Origin: Albugo candida
Lineage: Eukaryota
Assembly: GCA_040437565.1 (NCBI GenBank)
Contig: JBDOQK010000068.1
Coordinates: 62,001 to 126,000, forward strand
Length of the DNA: 64,000 nt
Direction: 5' to 3'
Each line of letters starts with the position of its first letter. Position 1 is the first letter of the stretch. A model generated the notes under the pieces. That model was not told where the DNA came from, did not search any database, and was given only the letters and a program-made list of their open reading frames with translations. Shown here one piece after another: positions 50,406 through 63,437 of this stretch. A program made the translations under genes and the position numbers.

Positions 50406-51318
50406 TGTGACTGTGCGGACAGGAACACTATTTTTTGACGCATTTTCGGTAAATCCAATCACCAGCAAAAGATGGCATGAGTCAACGCTGTTTCTGTCTT
50501 GATTGGTTTTGCTATGGCCAATCCTGTAGCAGTTTTGTGTCGACATGTCATATTGTCGCATATTTGTCAACAGAGACATTCGTTTGCATTCTATTTACTC
50601 ATTGATTGCGTCTATTATCGTATGAAGAAACACTATGGTACTGCCTAACAACTTGAAGCTGTACATTTTGTATTGGATAAGACCAAATCGATCTGCAATG
50701 CGAGCTGTTTTGATGATGCTAACTACCTTTGTCGTATACTACAGAACGTCGTTGTGCACCCCCATGAGCCTTTATGTCACCTCAGATACTATCGTAATCG
50801 AGCATACCACTTGGGAATTGTGTGCTCGTTTATTCATGGAAATGGAATAAGGGTGCGTTTGAGAGCTTTGTGTAAAGCATAGACTGTAATCATCACCGCC
50901 AGCTGCGCCTTTGTCGATGTATAAGCTCCTGATTTTAAATGTACAAAGAAATATGCGGCTATAACAATGCTCAATTCCATGACGATGCAGTATATACTGT
51001 TCGCATCGTGGCTGCCCGACATAGCCCTCCCACCAAATAAGTATAAAAGAATAGATTCCATGGGGTTCAATGCAAATCTTTTTTTCGATGCAAGGTCTTC
51101 TGTATAGTGACTGCGTTCTTGTTTCATCAATTACTCATCTCTTAATCCCTGACTGCTTTCAGTAAAGAAATATCGACAGCGTCTAACATTTTATCAGAAA
51201 CGCACGGCGATGGTATTCTGCCTTGGGGTAGATGCTGATTAGTTATATATAAAGCTCAATGATCGCACACACCGTTTGAGAGTCTTGATTCAATTCTAGG
51301 CCATCAAGTGCAAGATAA

Positions 51319-53624
51319 ATGAGTTCTGCTAGTAGCGGAGCAGAATCTATGAACGCTACACGGAACCAGCAGTGCTTTCAGCTCGATGGCGGAGTAATAA
51401 ATTCATTCGAATTAGAGGACAACGTATGGAAGCATCTTGTTGCGGGAATGAAACAAACTCTACTGCTGCACCCCATGGACCCATTTTTATACCTTTCTGA
51501 CTACATGCGCACCGCAGTAAGCCTTACACCAAGTTTATCGTATCATGTGTATGCTCACTATGACTATAGCTGAATATGAAACATCGAATTACGGCAGCAA
51601 TGAGTACAAAAGGTTATCTTTGTATGCATCATAATCAACGAACCATTCATTATCTCGTGTCTGACTTGGAGAAACTGCGCTCAGATTTCCGAAACGCGGC
51701 AAAAAAGCTTGAGAATTTGGAACTTGTTTTACGCATGAGATCTCACATGCCGTCAGTGAACGAGTGTATCACGGAGTTCGTCACCTTAGTCGATAAACCT
51801 TTATCTATCAATGGTTCAGTCGCGCAACAAATAGGCTCGAGTCTAAACAATGAAGCACAGCCTACAGCTCAAGCACACGATTATCGCTTCGATCAAATCA
51901 GTAGCGACTCGGAAGAGTATAAAAGGCTGATTTTGTACGGAATCACGGATTGTATAATCAGAGTAGAGTCAATTCAGTCACAAGATTCAAAAGAAATTCT
52001 CATCAAATACATTTACGAGCTTTCACAAGCATTTCAGCAGGAGACAGCTGTCATGCCCCTACTTGGACAGGATTGTGATAGAATGAACAACAAAATCGAA
52101 GAGCTTCGAATCGAGTGCTCTAAATATCGAGCACTGCTGGAACAATGCAACACTGATTACAATGCCGCAGTTCAAGCAAAACTTCGTCGTGATTTCTATC
52201 ACGTCAGGCTTCAAGCGACTCAGGCAAGTATACTGCCGCACGAAGAGACAAAAAATCGTCATGTGCTCATAAATAATATCAAACACTGGATTCCCATTTC
52301 TGCAATTTTGTGGCCTGCGCTCAATGATTTGGAGAAAGTCGCTTTGCAAAGAGCTGAACACTTACTAATGGAGGAAGAGGAAGAGCGATGCAAATCTTTA
52401 CTGAAACTAAACAAGCTGAACAATGAAATCGTAAGGTTACAAGCTCTGTTTCGAGGGTTTGCCACGCGAAAGTATAGGCAGCGTTTGCTTGTACGCTACA
52501 ATGAGGCTGTCACTCGGCTTCAGCGTTTCTGGAAAAAAGCTGTACGAAATGGCGATACACTACCAATTTGGTGCGTTCTTGGCAGAGAAGTATTGGTAGA
52601 TGCCAACTTGGCAAGAAATCTGGCCATTACCTTCACATTTTTCCCAAAAAAGGATTTTCCGACGGGGAATTGGAAGCGTGTCGAGGGTAAGACACTGGAC
52701 GAAATGATGGATCTATGTCGCAGGGATGAGTACAGTGCAGGGTTTGCAACGAATGGGACCTTCAAACGATTCATTCCTCGTAAATTGACTCAGCTCAAGA
52801 TCATGGACGATTCCTACGCCCTTGCATGCAAACCGGGCGAAACAGCGGGACTTTGCGGTTTATACGTCAAAACTTGGCCGACGAGGAAGACTGAATTCAT
52901 ACGAGTGATCCAGTCCGGGATTATCGTCAGTGTACCAAGCAATCGTCATGGACTTGTGACAATCATAATCGATGGGGTCGGTACTGAGGGTCATGTGCCT
53001 ATCTCCGCACTGAAAGATCGATGGAAGTATGTTTGGATACGGGAGAGGAAAGATACTGAAAAGGCGAGGAAATTCGGAAGACGAGTCGCTGTTGGACAGA
53101 TATTTTCACATCGAGGTATCAGAGACTATCCCCCCGAGGATCTGCTGATTGACCGCAAAGACGTGGATATTGTGAGGCCTGCAAATTTATTGAAGTCAGC
53201 ATTGAGAGATGATCAGCACCCTTATCAAGCAGCCATAATGTCGGACGAACACTCCACATTATCCCTGGTGTATGAGGACCAGCTCACACACCTTCTGATG
53301 CGCGAAGTACCATCACGACGCACGCATTATCACGCAAAAGAGCGTGAGCAGGTGATTAAGGCACGGATGAAAGCATATCAGAAAGCATGGGGTGCTTTTT
53401 GCGCTCAGCAAGAACATAATTCGGTCATAATGATCCAATGTGCTTGGAGAAGAAACCAAGCAAGAATGGAGGTTCGGCGCGTCCTCCAATTACGCATGCA
53501 GGAAAAGCAGCATGAAGATACAATAGAGCATCGGCTTGAAAAACCAAAAAAACACCCGATTGTCCTCACTGGCTTTTTTCGCTCAAAACGAAGAGGTCGT
53601 GTGCCAAAATCGAGAAGTAGCTAA
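51319..53624 (+). CDS. IQ-motif protein with N-terminal Dpy-30/RIIa-like docking motif and coiled coil, 2 exons
   Basis: LVAGMKQTLLLHPMDPFLYLSDYM; IQ-like LQALFRGFATRK, LQRFWKK, IQCAWRRNQAR. Confidence 0.65.
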
Positions 53625-53720
53625 AATACGCTCTTCGTCCCACTTGATTGGATGGATGTAAGACCCAAGTCGCCCGTACACAAGTTTCATAATCTCATTC
53701 TATTGAAAAGAATGTATACA

Positions 53721-55316
53721 CTAAAACCCAAAAGGCCTCTGCGTATTCTGAGTTCCACAGTTTTCCTGACCTAAATTAACGAACGCTTTATCCAGTCCAT
53801 TTGTTGGCATCGTTGCATTTGAGCTGCCTAGCGAAGCCTGCTGATACAAAGAACCGTTTGTATTCACTGTATTCACTGCTGCAGTTGGACCAAAATTTCC
53901 AACCATTGGCATACCCGCATTCGGTACTCCATGCATTCCGGCGTACATCGGCATTGCTCTTGGAGGTTGACACATCATTGGATTCATCATCCCTTCGCAT
54001 AGAACATTTAATACCTGTTTAGAGAGCGATGAGCAAAACAGTATATATGCTATCTTACCAGGATGAACGCCGCTGTTCGCAAACATCTGACCCATTGGAT
54101 GCGCAACCGATTGCCCAACTGGATGCCCCATCATTCCCATTCCTTGGTTCGGATACATAGCGATGCCCATACTGTTATTCATCATCGGATTGGGGATGGG
54201 ATTTTGCATCATTGGATTGATCCCTTGTGTGGCAGGTGTCATCATCGGACCTGGCATACAAGCTCCAGGCATATTCACCATGCCGAATGGATTATTAGAG
54301 GTGGTTGACGCACTAGGATTAGGTCCAAAGTTGGCCATGATAGAAGCCATTTTATTTTGATGTTGATTTGAGGGTGGAGCCACTGAAGAAGGATTCGGGA
54401 AATTGTCCATTTGACCAGAGGATCTATCAAAAGATGCCCAGTCGTCTTGTCCTTGCCCCCCTTGACTTTGTATTGGCTGTGATGGGGCAGAAGCTCCTGG
54501 AGCTGGGATCCGTGGTGCCGTGACCGGGACTGGAGCAGGTAGCGAAGTACTGGGAGCAGGAAACTCATCAAACGATAGAATATCATGTGTTACGGGAGCC
54601 TTTGGTCGTTGTGCACTTGGCTGCGTTGCCTTGAAAGCCTCTCCATTTTGCTGGGTTCTGTGATGGGATGAAGTCCGAGAAGCCGCAGTCATAGGAGTTT
54701 TATTCTCATTTGAATCTCGCCTCTCATTTCCAGCAGATTCCTCTTGTTTTGCTTTCCCTTGTTTCGAAGCACGATGCCCTTCCTCGCGATTCGAGCCGTC
54801 TCCTTCCCGAGCCACGAAACGACGACGTTCATATTTGTCTCGAATCCACATTTCTTTATCTCGTACATTCGAGTGTTCTGTTGGTGGGCGGAGATCTCGC
54901 GGAACATTAGCTTCATAATACTCTTTTGCGCGCGCATTTCCCCATTTTTGCATTTGCTATCAAAGGAAACTTCAACTAGAGTCTTCAATTAAGGAAAAAC
55001 ACTGTACACACTACCTTCACTTGGTCGGATGTCCATGAGTCCAGATTCACACTGCGAACAAAGGTCAGATGGACGCCCAGACTGCGGTGAATTCCAGAGC
55101 ACGCGATGCAAATGAAAACGCCAAGATTGATTGAAGCCCATCGCGGCCCTAAGTGCAGCATCGCAGATCGAAGAACGTACCAATGAGCCTTTACTCACCT
55201 CGAGCGCCGCAATCTGCACAAAATTTGTTGTCCTCGCGTTTGATCAATTCGTCGAGAATTTTCTTCAGCTTTGTCTGATCTTCTGGCCCTTTCGCTGGAG
55301 CTCCATATCGGCTCAT
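53721..55316 (-). CDS. ArfGAP (SMAP/AGD5-like) with Pro/Met-rich tail, multi-exon
   Basis: [59 protein letters not shown]. Confidence 0.92.
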
Positions 55317-55472
55317 TGTGTGGGAATTATATAGAGATAGGGCGCTTACGGCGACGAAAGAGAAACAGTCACAGAATGAGCTGCAAATGTCTTTTTTGGC
55401 TCTTGTTCAAAAAGCCGTTTAATAACAGAAAATAACGGCATCTATGTACCGTATTTGCGCAATTACAGCGCT

Positions 55473-58400
55473 CTACATTTTATATAGAGCGCGTTGCAGC
55501 TCAAGATCCCGCACACTTATCGAATAAGGCGGCCCGCGCACTTGATGAATCATCTGCTCTATAGATGCAGGCGTGGATTCCATACCGACATTCTCTCCAC
55601 AAATCTGCAATATTGCGTTTCCTACTCGTAGCACCTTGGTTCGTTCCGCTGGTCCCTGGCTTGATGTGTATCTAAGAATGTATGCTGCTTGGTCACGCAA
55701 ATTACCAAATAAAATACCCAGTGGAGGCGCTGAAAACGTCACTTTCTTCTGGATCTCATAAAATCGCTCACCAGCGCCCTCATCGCCCTTAATCTTCTCA
55801 GAATTTAAAATGCTTTTCTTCATGAAATCTTCTTTCGATACAAAGATCGCATGCATCGGTTGCTTGCTGGTCACAATCTCACGTAAAGACGACAGAATGG
55901 ATGCAAAGCTCTCTTGGAAAGGTGCAGTGAGAGGCGTACCGTTAACAGACAGCAATACATCTCCAAGATCCAGTAAACGACATTTCTGAGCTTGAGATGG
56001 CGCTCGCTGGAAGCCAGCGATAGTGACATAATTCTGGAATAAATTGCTCCTATTCCGCATATCAGCTTTTGGTACATTCAAACTCAATCCTTCCTCATCA
56101 GCGCTCAGCTCAGCTGATTTCACAAAATTCAAACTTTCGGTGCTTTTTTCCAAAGTTGAAGCCTCACTCTCATCTTCGTCATCGTCGTCTTCATCATCCT
56201 CTTCCTCAACTTCAAGCTCTATCATTGGCGGCCAATCACGTAGGGTGACGACAGTATCCGGTGTTGATGCAAATCGGAGTGTTGCTGGACGACTTGTTGC
56301 TGCTCGCAAGATCTCCAGGAGCTCTGGGAGTTTATGAAAACGCAAGTCAATTTCGTTGACTTTGATTAAGATCATGCCAGGCTTGATTCGACCGCTTTTT
56401 TCCGCTTGGGTTTTCGATGGACCGTCCGCAAAACCAACAACAATAGCTCCATATCTTGCAAGTGGCCGTTCCCGTAAGAGAATTCCAAATGGACCCTCTT
56501 CAGAAAGCACCACTTCGACAATCTTTGGCTGAGCCAGGGCAAGCCGCTGCTCGTGGAGTTTTTGGCGTGCCTGTAACGCTTTGGTGATATCTTCGGGCTC
56601 CTTTGAGAATCGTATCGTGAGTTCTTCAGTAAGGTTTTGAAGCACTGCGCTTAGCTCTGGAACGCTCAATTTTGCACAAGAAAGCCCATTGATGGCGATC
56701 AGACGAGATCCAATGCCAATCTGCTTCGTAGCAGCAGTGGAGGTCTTGGAACTGGGAGCTGTAAACATGGATTCTGGTGTGGCTTCCAAGTCTGAGCCAG
56801 CGGCACGGTATCCACTGACGTGCATGTGACGATGAAGCACACCTTTATTAAATGTGTAGGGTATTTCTCGCACACTTTTGAACTGCAGCTCGACATCATC
56901 AGGTTGGATTTCCACAGGTTTCGCGCCACGCCAAGGGCTAGCAATTGGTAGATCCTCAACCCGCATCTCCAGTACTTGGAAAATTAAAGGCCAATACATT
57001 TCCATTTGCTGATTCAGAGTCTCCAAAAAGTTGACGAGATGCATCAGAATCTTGGACTCGATCGTTTTTGCCACATACTCGCGAATCAAAGTCGCAAACA
57101 TCGATGTGAGCAAGTTGTAAAGCGCACTGAACCACGACTTTTGCACAGTCAGCTTCAGCTCATCTCGAATCTCAATGTCGATAGAATGAAGCACAAGAAT
57201 GGGTCGAAATTCCTGGGTTTCTCGATTTACAATTTGTCGCTCAGCTTTCAACCCCAAGGATATAAGCCCTCCACTTAGGTAGGCATCCGCCAGCCCGCTT
57301 CCATTCAAATATGGAAAGTATTTCTGTGCAAATGTCCACTCAAGATTGTGCATTCGTCCTTTCAGACGGTGAGCTCTCACAGTGATTATCTCATCGTCGG
57401 TAAAATTCCCCAATCGCACCTTTACATATTCTTTGCGTATGCGGAAACTGGAGATATCCAAGTGAGCAAGGGAGTATTCGATTCGTTCATAGACACCATG
57501 CAGTGTGTCCATTTTGATGGATGGAAGCACCGATATCAAAAAGTCCAAACAGTGATCTTTGACTTTGTCGATGATCTTCTGGCGTTTCGCCCGATCCGAA
57601 ACTAGTATTGAGCCCCAAGCTCCGAGCTTTTCATAGGTGACCGTACTGACAAACCCATCGAGTTGAGTGCGAAAAAGTTCTGGGTTATCGATGGCTTGGA
57701 TCACTTTTCGAAAATTGTTTAAGAAGATCTTGCCATTTGATGTGAATTGCCAAGCTTGGATGTATTGCTGCAATCGATCGACCCAGCGAGAAACTCGTTT
57801 CGAGATACATGGACATCTAGCTTCGAGACGCTTTGCAATCGTTTCGGGCGTCAGCATCCAGAATGACCTCACTTGAAGCAGCACACAAATCTGACGATCT
57901 ATGAATCGGAGGTATTGATAGACTTTTTCATGCAGCTCCATGGTGTAATTTGCAAAAGCGACTTGAAGAATGCGTTCAGTGGGAGTCTGTAGCAGCCAAA
58001 GCCACTTATCCGATGTACATGCGTNNNNNNNNNNNNNNNNNNNNNNNNNNNNNNNNNNNNNNNNNNNNNNNNNNNNNNNNNNNNNNNNNNNNNNNNNNNN
58101 NNNNNNNNNNNNNNNNNNNNNNNNTGACGATCTATGAATCGGAGGTATTGATAGACTTTTTCATGCAGCTCCATGGTGTAATTTGCAAAAGCGACTTGAA
58201 GAATGCGTTCAGTGGGAGTCTGTAGCAGCCAAAGCCACTTATCCGATGTACATGCGTATCGTTCCTCAATGACTGACAGTAAGTCAGACAGAATCAACCG
58301 TTCACAAGGAAACGCTTCAGGTGGGACCATCGCAACATGGGCAGCTCTCACTTCTTCCCTCTCCACTTCATCCTCTGTAAGTGCTAACCATTGCTTCTTC

Positions 58401-59687
58401 ATACTAACTCGAAATCGGGCATTTAATTTTTTGATCTCATGGCTTTTTCGAAAATGACCTAAAATTCCAATTGCTTGTGCGATGAATTCTTGCAGCGTTT
58501 TCTCTCCATGAAATATGTTCTCCTCCAACTGAGTCGTTTTGGTCGCCACAAGTGCTCGTAATGTCGTCCACTCGATATACAGAGCCGGTCGCACACGTGT
58601 CACCCAGCAGTCCACAACACTCGAATCCAACCAGCTCGATAGCAGTAAATCTCGATATTCATTTCCGTATCTCAATTGCGTGCTCAGCAATGCGACGAGA
58701 TCTGCATTTGTGGTACAAATCAATTTCAATTTGGAATAGAGATTTCGACCTTTACGGCTCAATTGCTCGGCATCTTCCCAAAGTAGCCGACCTTCAAAAG
58801 CCTCAAATACTTGCATAGAAGTCGGGATGGATGGCACTTTGGAGACCCATTTTCGATCCAACGGAATCACCGCAGTCGACTGAGTGCAGCAAACCGTAAA
58901 ATTTCAGCATTCTTCTATCTCAAAGTGATACGTACTGGAATGAAACCTCTCACGCCACCAAGGAAGAGAACTTCGTAAATATCGGTCAAAGCGCTACACA
59001 GCCGGAACGAGTCGAATATCGGCCGGAAATGAAGTACGAGAATCCTTACTGGAATTGACTGATGACTCCTTGCCCGATAGGATGAACGTAGACCAGATTA
59101 TCTCTACTCAGCCGAAGTGATGATCCCTAGCAGCTTCCAGTCAGTCCAGTAATCAAGTCATCAAAAGTATGCAGAGTAATGTACTGGGACATTCAATGGC
59201 GATGTATATGAGCCTTTTTCTAGCTGAATAGTATACGTCTGACTGTGAAAACTGCAGAGGCGTGGTGAGACTTCATACCGCTTACAATATGAGTTTTTGT
59301 TACTTGTAAGATCGTATCTCAGCGGGTAAGAGCGATGAAGAAAGTACAAAGTAGACTTTGGAGCCTTTTGGGAGATTCGGGCAAGGTAGCAGACGACAGC
59401 GGGGTATTATATTCTCACGCTGTAGAGAGATAAGAAACGCATGTGCAATCTTTACATACAGGAGACGTACCCACGTATGCAGAATGGCGCCGAATGGAAG
59501 CTTCACAGCCAATGGTTGCGGTGGCCGGCTAGACCGATGTTTACTTAGCACGCTACCGATACTAGCAAACTACTTACGTATAGTAATGTATTACCCCGCA
59601 TCCAAAACATGTCTCAACGCAGTCACCGGGAGAATAGCGCAAGAGATGAGATATTACAGTCGGAATTGGTTTCCAGTCGGTCGGCAT
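55473..59687 (-). CDS. Large protein with BPI/TULIP-like domain and about four PDZ-like domains; 5' exons tentative
   Basis: 822- and 323-codon ORFs joined across gap 58025-58124; PDZ-like GPFGILL, AEKSGRIKPGMILIKVN, GDVLLSVNG, PPLGILF. Confidence 0.7.
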
Positions 59688-60102
59688 CTTCTATAGCATT
59701 CTCTAAGTACCGCAAGTTTCGAATTAGACGAACGTCACGAAACACGTTAGTCTCGTGCGTGCTCTTCCAACGAAAACGTAGTGTTCAGTATTTTACATCA
59801 GTATTCATCCCAGATCGCTATTATGCATAATGCAATTGCATGTTGTCTAATTACTGCAGGCGGAAGATGTTCTCACATTTTTTAATTCAGGGTGAAGAGT
59901 GACGTAAGCAGTAAAACGGGTAGCTATTCTTTCTGCCAATTGACTAAACATCGCAAGCATACTGGAGACGAAAGGAACGAATAACATTACAGATGAAATC
60001 CAATACGAGCGAGAATGTATGGTAGAAAGTTCACTGAATGGTAAAAAGCATCAAAGAAGTGATTTACTCTCATTTCTCGATTGGAGTGCATCTACAACAA
60101 TA

Positions 60103-61452
60103 ATGAAGCTGTCCTATTGGAATTTGGCCCTTCTCGCTTCGCTTGCTGCGCAACAAACTTTCATCTCGGCTCAATCACCAATGGATAACACGCATCGTGA
60201 CGCTGGAAGTAGCACGAATTTGAAGCAAGGAGGTGATCTTGGTACCGTTGACTCCACAACATATGGGTCCCTACAATCAACCATTCAGTATACCCCTCGT
60301 CATCACAGTCGATATAATTCTGATCGTGGTCTTTCCACCCAGCAGCCTGAATCTCGAGAGCTCCTCCAAAGTGGCCCAGAATCTCATCCAAACTCTGTGC
60401 ATGGGGCCTCACGTCAGAGACGAGTGCTTCTCCAGGGCTCTATACATGGTCCTCCACATCACAAAAGCCATTTTACCAAAAGCAATTCACCTCCCCAACC
60501 ATATCGATCCTTATCAGCTGACGAACCACAAGATGATTCACAATCCAGAATGTCAGAGTTAATTCGTCCTTTTCTTTTTGGCACATGCTATGATCCCTCC
60601 CATGCTCTGAATTACCCCCTTCGTAACAGTGACGCTAGTCACGTGGCCGAAATTCTCGATAAAGACTTTGCTCAGTTGCGTACTCGATTTTCGATTGTGC
60701 GGACATATAGTGCCCAATACTATGGTAATGATGTCACCAGCGTAGCCAGCAAGTACAAGATCAAGCTCTACCTCGGTCTACACGATTACGAAGACGAAAA
60801 AATGAATGATTTGGAGCTCAAAACAGCGGTGACTGCTGCTGCGGCGAATCCAGACACCGTCAAAGCAATTTTTGTTGGAAATGAGGATCTCATCACAACT
60901 GGTGGAAAGAAAAGTGTGGAAGCCATTATTTCTCTGGTCGAACGCGTCAAACAACATTTGTCTGAAGCTGGGGCTTCGCATGTACAGGTAGGAACCGCAC
61001 AACAAGCGGGTGCTTTTCTCAACAAATATTCCACGGAAGAGATGGCAAGACTGGTTGAAAGTTGCGACATAATTGGTCTCAATATTTATCCTTTCTTTTC
61101 GGAAGGATACGATAAAACAAAACCAATTGACATACTCGACAAGCAATGGAATCAAGTTTTGAGTCGCTTCCCGTCATCAGACAGCAAATTTGTTATCACC
61201 GAAACTGGATTTCCTTCTTCGGGAAAGGCACCTGACGGTCTTCCCGAAAATATTCCAAGCCCTGAGCAACAGAAAAACTACTTTCAGGCAGTGCAAACGT
61301 GGTGGTTCGAAAGCGCAAATACGGCTCCAGTCTTTTGGTTTATGGCATACGACCGTCAACCACATGATCCGCTTGTTACAGAGCACGGGCACGATTATGA
61401 GCAATACTTTGGAGTGTTTACAGCCGAAAATGAAGAAAAAGGAGTTTTTTGA
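60103..61452 (+). CDS. Secreted glycoside hydrolase family 17 beta-1,3-glucanase/glucanosyltransferase
   Basis: Signal peptide MKLSYWNLALLASLAAQ; VRTYS, IFVGNE, IGLNIYPFF, VITETGFPS, YEQYFGVF; both catalytic Glu present. Confidence 0.92.
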   Translation: MKLSYWNLALLASLAAQQTFISAQSPMDNTHRDAGSSTNLKQGGDLGTVDSTTYGSLQSTIQYTPRHHSRYNSDRGLSTQQPESRELLQSGPESHPNSVHGASRQRRVLLQGSIHGPPHHKSHFTKSNSPPQPYRSLSADEPQDDSQSRMSELIRPFLFGTCYDPSHALNYPLRNSDASHVAEILDKDFAQLRTRFSIVRTYSAQYYGNDVTSVASKYKIKLYLGLHDYEDEKMNDLELKTAVTAAAANPDTVKAIFVGNEDLITTGGKKSVEAIISLVERVKQHLSEAGASHVQVGTAQQAGAFLNKYSTEEMARLVESCDIIGLNIYPFFSEGYDKTKPIDILDKQWNQVLSRFPSSDSKFVITETGFPSSGKAPDGLPENIPSPEQQKNYFQAVQTWWFESANTAPVFWFMAYDRQPHDPLVTEHGHDYEQYFGVFTAENEEKGVF

Positions 61453-61827
61453 TTGAGCTTTAGCTGTGCTTTTTCTTGAATTGTCGATGTTTACGGGTGT
61501 AACAATGCATAATTCTTCCTTCAATCTGTGATTTCACTGTCTAGTGTGCTTGCTGCTTTCTTTGAGATTTGATACTCGAGCTTATTGTATCGTGCAACGG
61601 TCTCGCTGATCCACAGCCTGAAGAAGTGTTACTATCAAGCAAATCGCTATATTGCGGATCAGAGATGTCTGTAAGCTAGAACGCATCAAAAAGACGGGAT
61701 GTCTGGGATACAGAAGAGTGAAGACAGCGTTCGAAACATCAATTTCTATGCATTTTTTCCGCGAAGAGGAAACATGTGACCCGTAAACGTAAACATACAA
61801 CTATACATTGAATTATAGTAGCGGGGA

Positions 61828-62979
61828 TCACAGCGTGTATTCTTGCTTGGACGCCTTTGGCAGACTGATACGCTCTTTTCTGGAATCGAATGAAGATGTC
61901 GCGGGAGAGAATACCGTATCATCATCATCAAATTTTGCGGCAGCTTGTTTCTTATTTTTCCGATTGGTAAGAAAGACTTTGACAGATGCAGCAATGGAAA
62001 ACTACGAGGATGTCAACAATGTCAGCAAGACCTCNNNNNNNNNNNNNNNNNNNNNNNNNNNNNNNNNNNNNNNNNNNNNNNNNNNNNNNNNNNNNNNNNN
62101 NNNNNNNNNNNNNNNNNNNNNNNNNNNNNNNNNNAAGAAAGACTTTGACAGATGCAGCAATGGAAAACTACGAGGATGTCAACAATGTCAGCAAGACCTC
62201 CAATAAAAGTGTGAGACACTCACCAGAGCAGCCAAAGCACCACCAACCGTTGCAGCTGTCTTCCACCAGGGAAACCCTGAGCATGACGGAGGTCCGCTCC
62301 AATCGCTTGTACATACGCACTCCTTGGAACCATCCTTTCCAACTTTCCATGATGCTCGTTGTAAATTGCAAGTCTGACTACCTTTCTGGGACTCTGTATT
62401 CAGTAAATCTGAAAGAGCACCATCTGAATTTTCCGAACACTTTGCCGCTCCTCCGTTTGCACCTGCGCTTGTGATCTCAATTGTAAACTCTGGAGTTGTC
62501 AGGAGACAAGCATCGGGTCCCCACCCACGAAGGACAAATTTACCGGCACCCCGGGAAGCACATATAAAAAAATAGCTTGCTTTTTTTGTTGCTTCAGAGC
62601 TTGAATTGCGAACTGTGGTCACCTTTTTGTGTCCTTTGGTATAGTACTCATACGTGACTCGATCTATCCCCGACCATTTTAATTGAATCCAGTTCCCATC
62701 GACAATTTGCGGTGTAGTTCCCCCGTTACCGAATTTCGCGTTAAGTACATCAGGCTCCGAGTCACCTTCTTTAGCGCAATTATAACAGCAAACACCTTTT
62801 GCAGCAGAACATTCTTTATGTATAACCGGGTCGTACGTGTACGGCACATTCGAAGTCTTGCCGATGCAAGTAGCACAGCAGCCGTCCGTCGGCGCGGTCT
62901 TCGCGGTACTATCCCCACTTCTGACCCCAATCATGCCAAAACACGATACATACCATACAATCACGTCAACGAACCTCAT
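61828..62979 (-). CDS. Cys-rich type-I membrane protein with EGF-like segment, 2 exons (spans gap 62035-62134)
   Basis: Signal peptide, GCCATC and VCCYNC, ECVCTSDWSGPPSC, TM VGGALAALFSIAASVKVFL after splicing, basic stop-transfer. Confidence 0.7.
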
Positions 62980-63437
62980 GCTGCAGAATCAGTAGAATCT
63001 GTTTTGCGTGAATAAAGATAGGAAGCTGTACTTTCAGTCCATACCGCATTCCGTGCTCATAAGCATAAGTTACAAGTGATAATCCTTCCAGCTTATTCTC
63101 TCAGTATCAACGCGCGGACCTGATGTTTTGTATTACAAATACTCAGAAACGTCTAAAACTTTCTGATCTCAGAACTAAAATAAATCGTCATGAATCGGAT
63201 GTTATCTTCACTTTAGTATGTGGAAAAGCTCGGGTGAGATTTTCATGGGCAAGACAGCATTTCGAGCCTAATAAACTCTCAACTACGTCCAGTGCATGGA
63301 TACAAATGACACTACCTCTTCCTCGAAGGATAAATCGTAAATGATCTTCAGGTATCGGGTACCTCCAATGCGCTGGCGACATACTCAATCGAAGAATAAT
63401 AACATAACAGAATTGAAAAACATTCATTCGATATAAA

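Noticed and set aside
50834-51130. 98-codon minus-strand ORF with hydrophobic stretches
   Set aside because: No recognisable family or splice structure; cannot be supported as a gene from sequence alone
40622-53624. Calcium-signalling gene cluster (EF-hand giant, EF-TMEM65, IQ protein)
   Set aside because: EF-hand and IQ motifs are common, cystinosin interrupts the group, and nothing indicates co-regulation
4151-62200. Apparent tandem duplications of genes or exons (kinase, clathrin light chain, Sec12, S18, CDC50, PDZ protein and others)
   Set aside because: 14 of the 16 gaps of exactly 100 N have the sequence before the gap repeated directly after it, the signature of unmerged contig overlaps rather than biology
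62850-62900. CCATC motif after a signal peptide as a CCG/CHxC effector
   Set aside because: It lacks the Gly of CxxCxxxxxG, and the protein has a TM anchor and cytosolic tail
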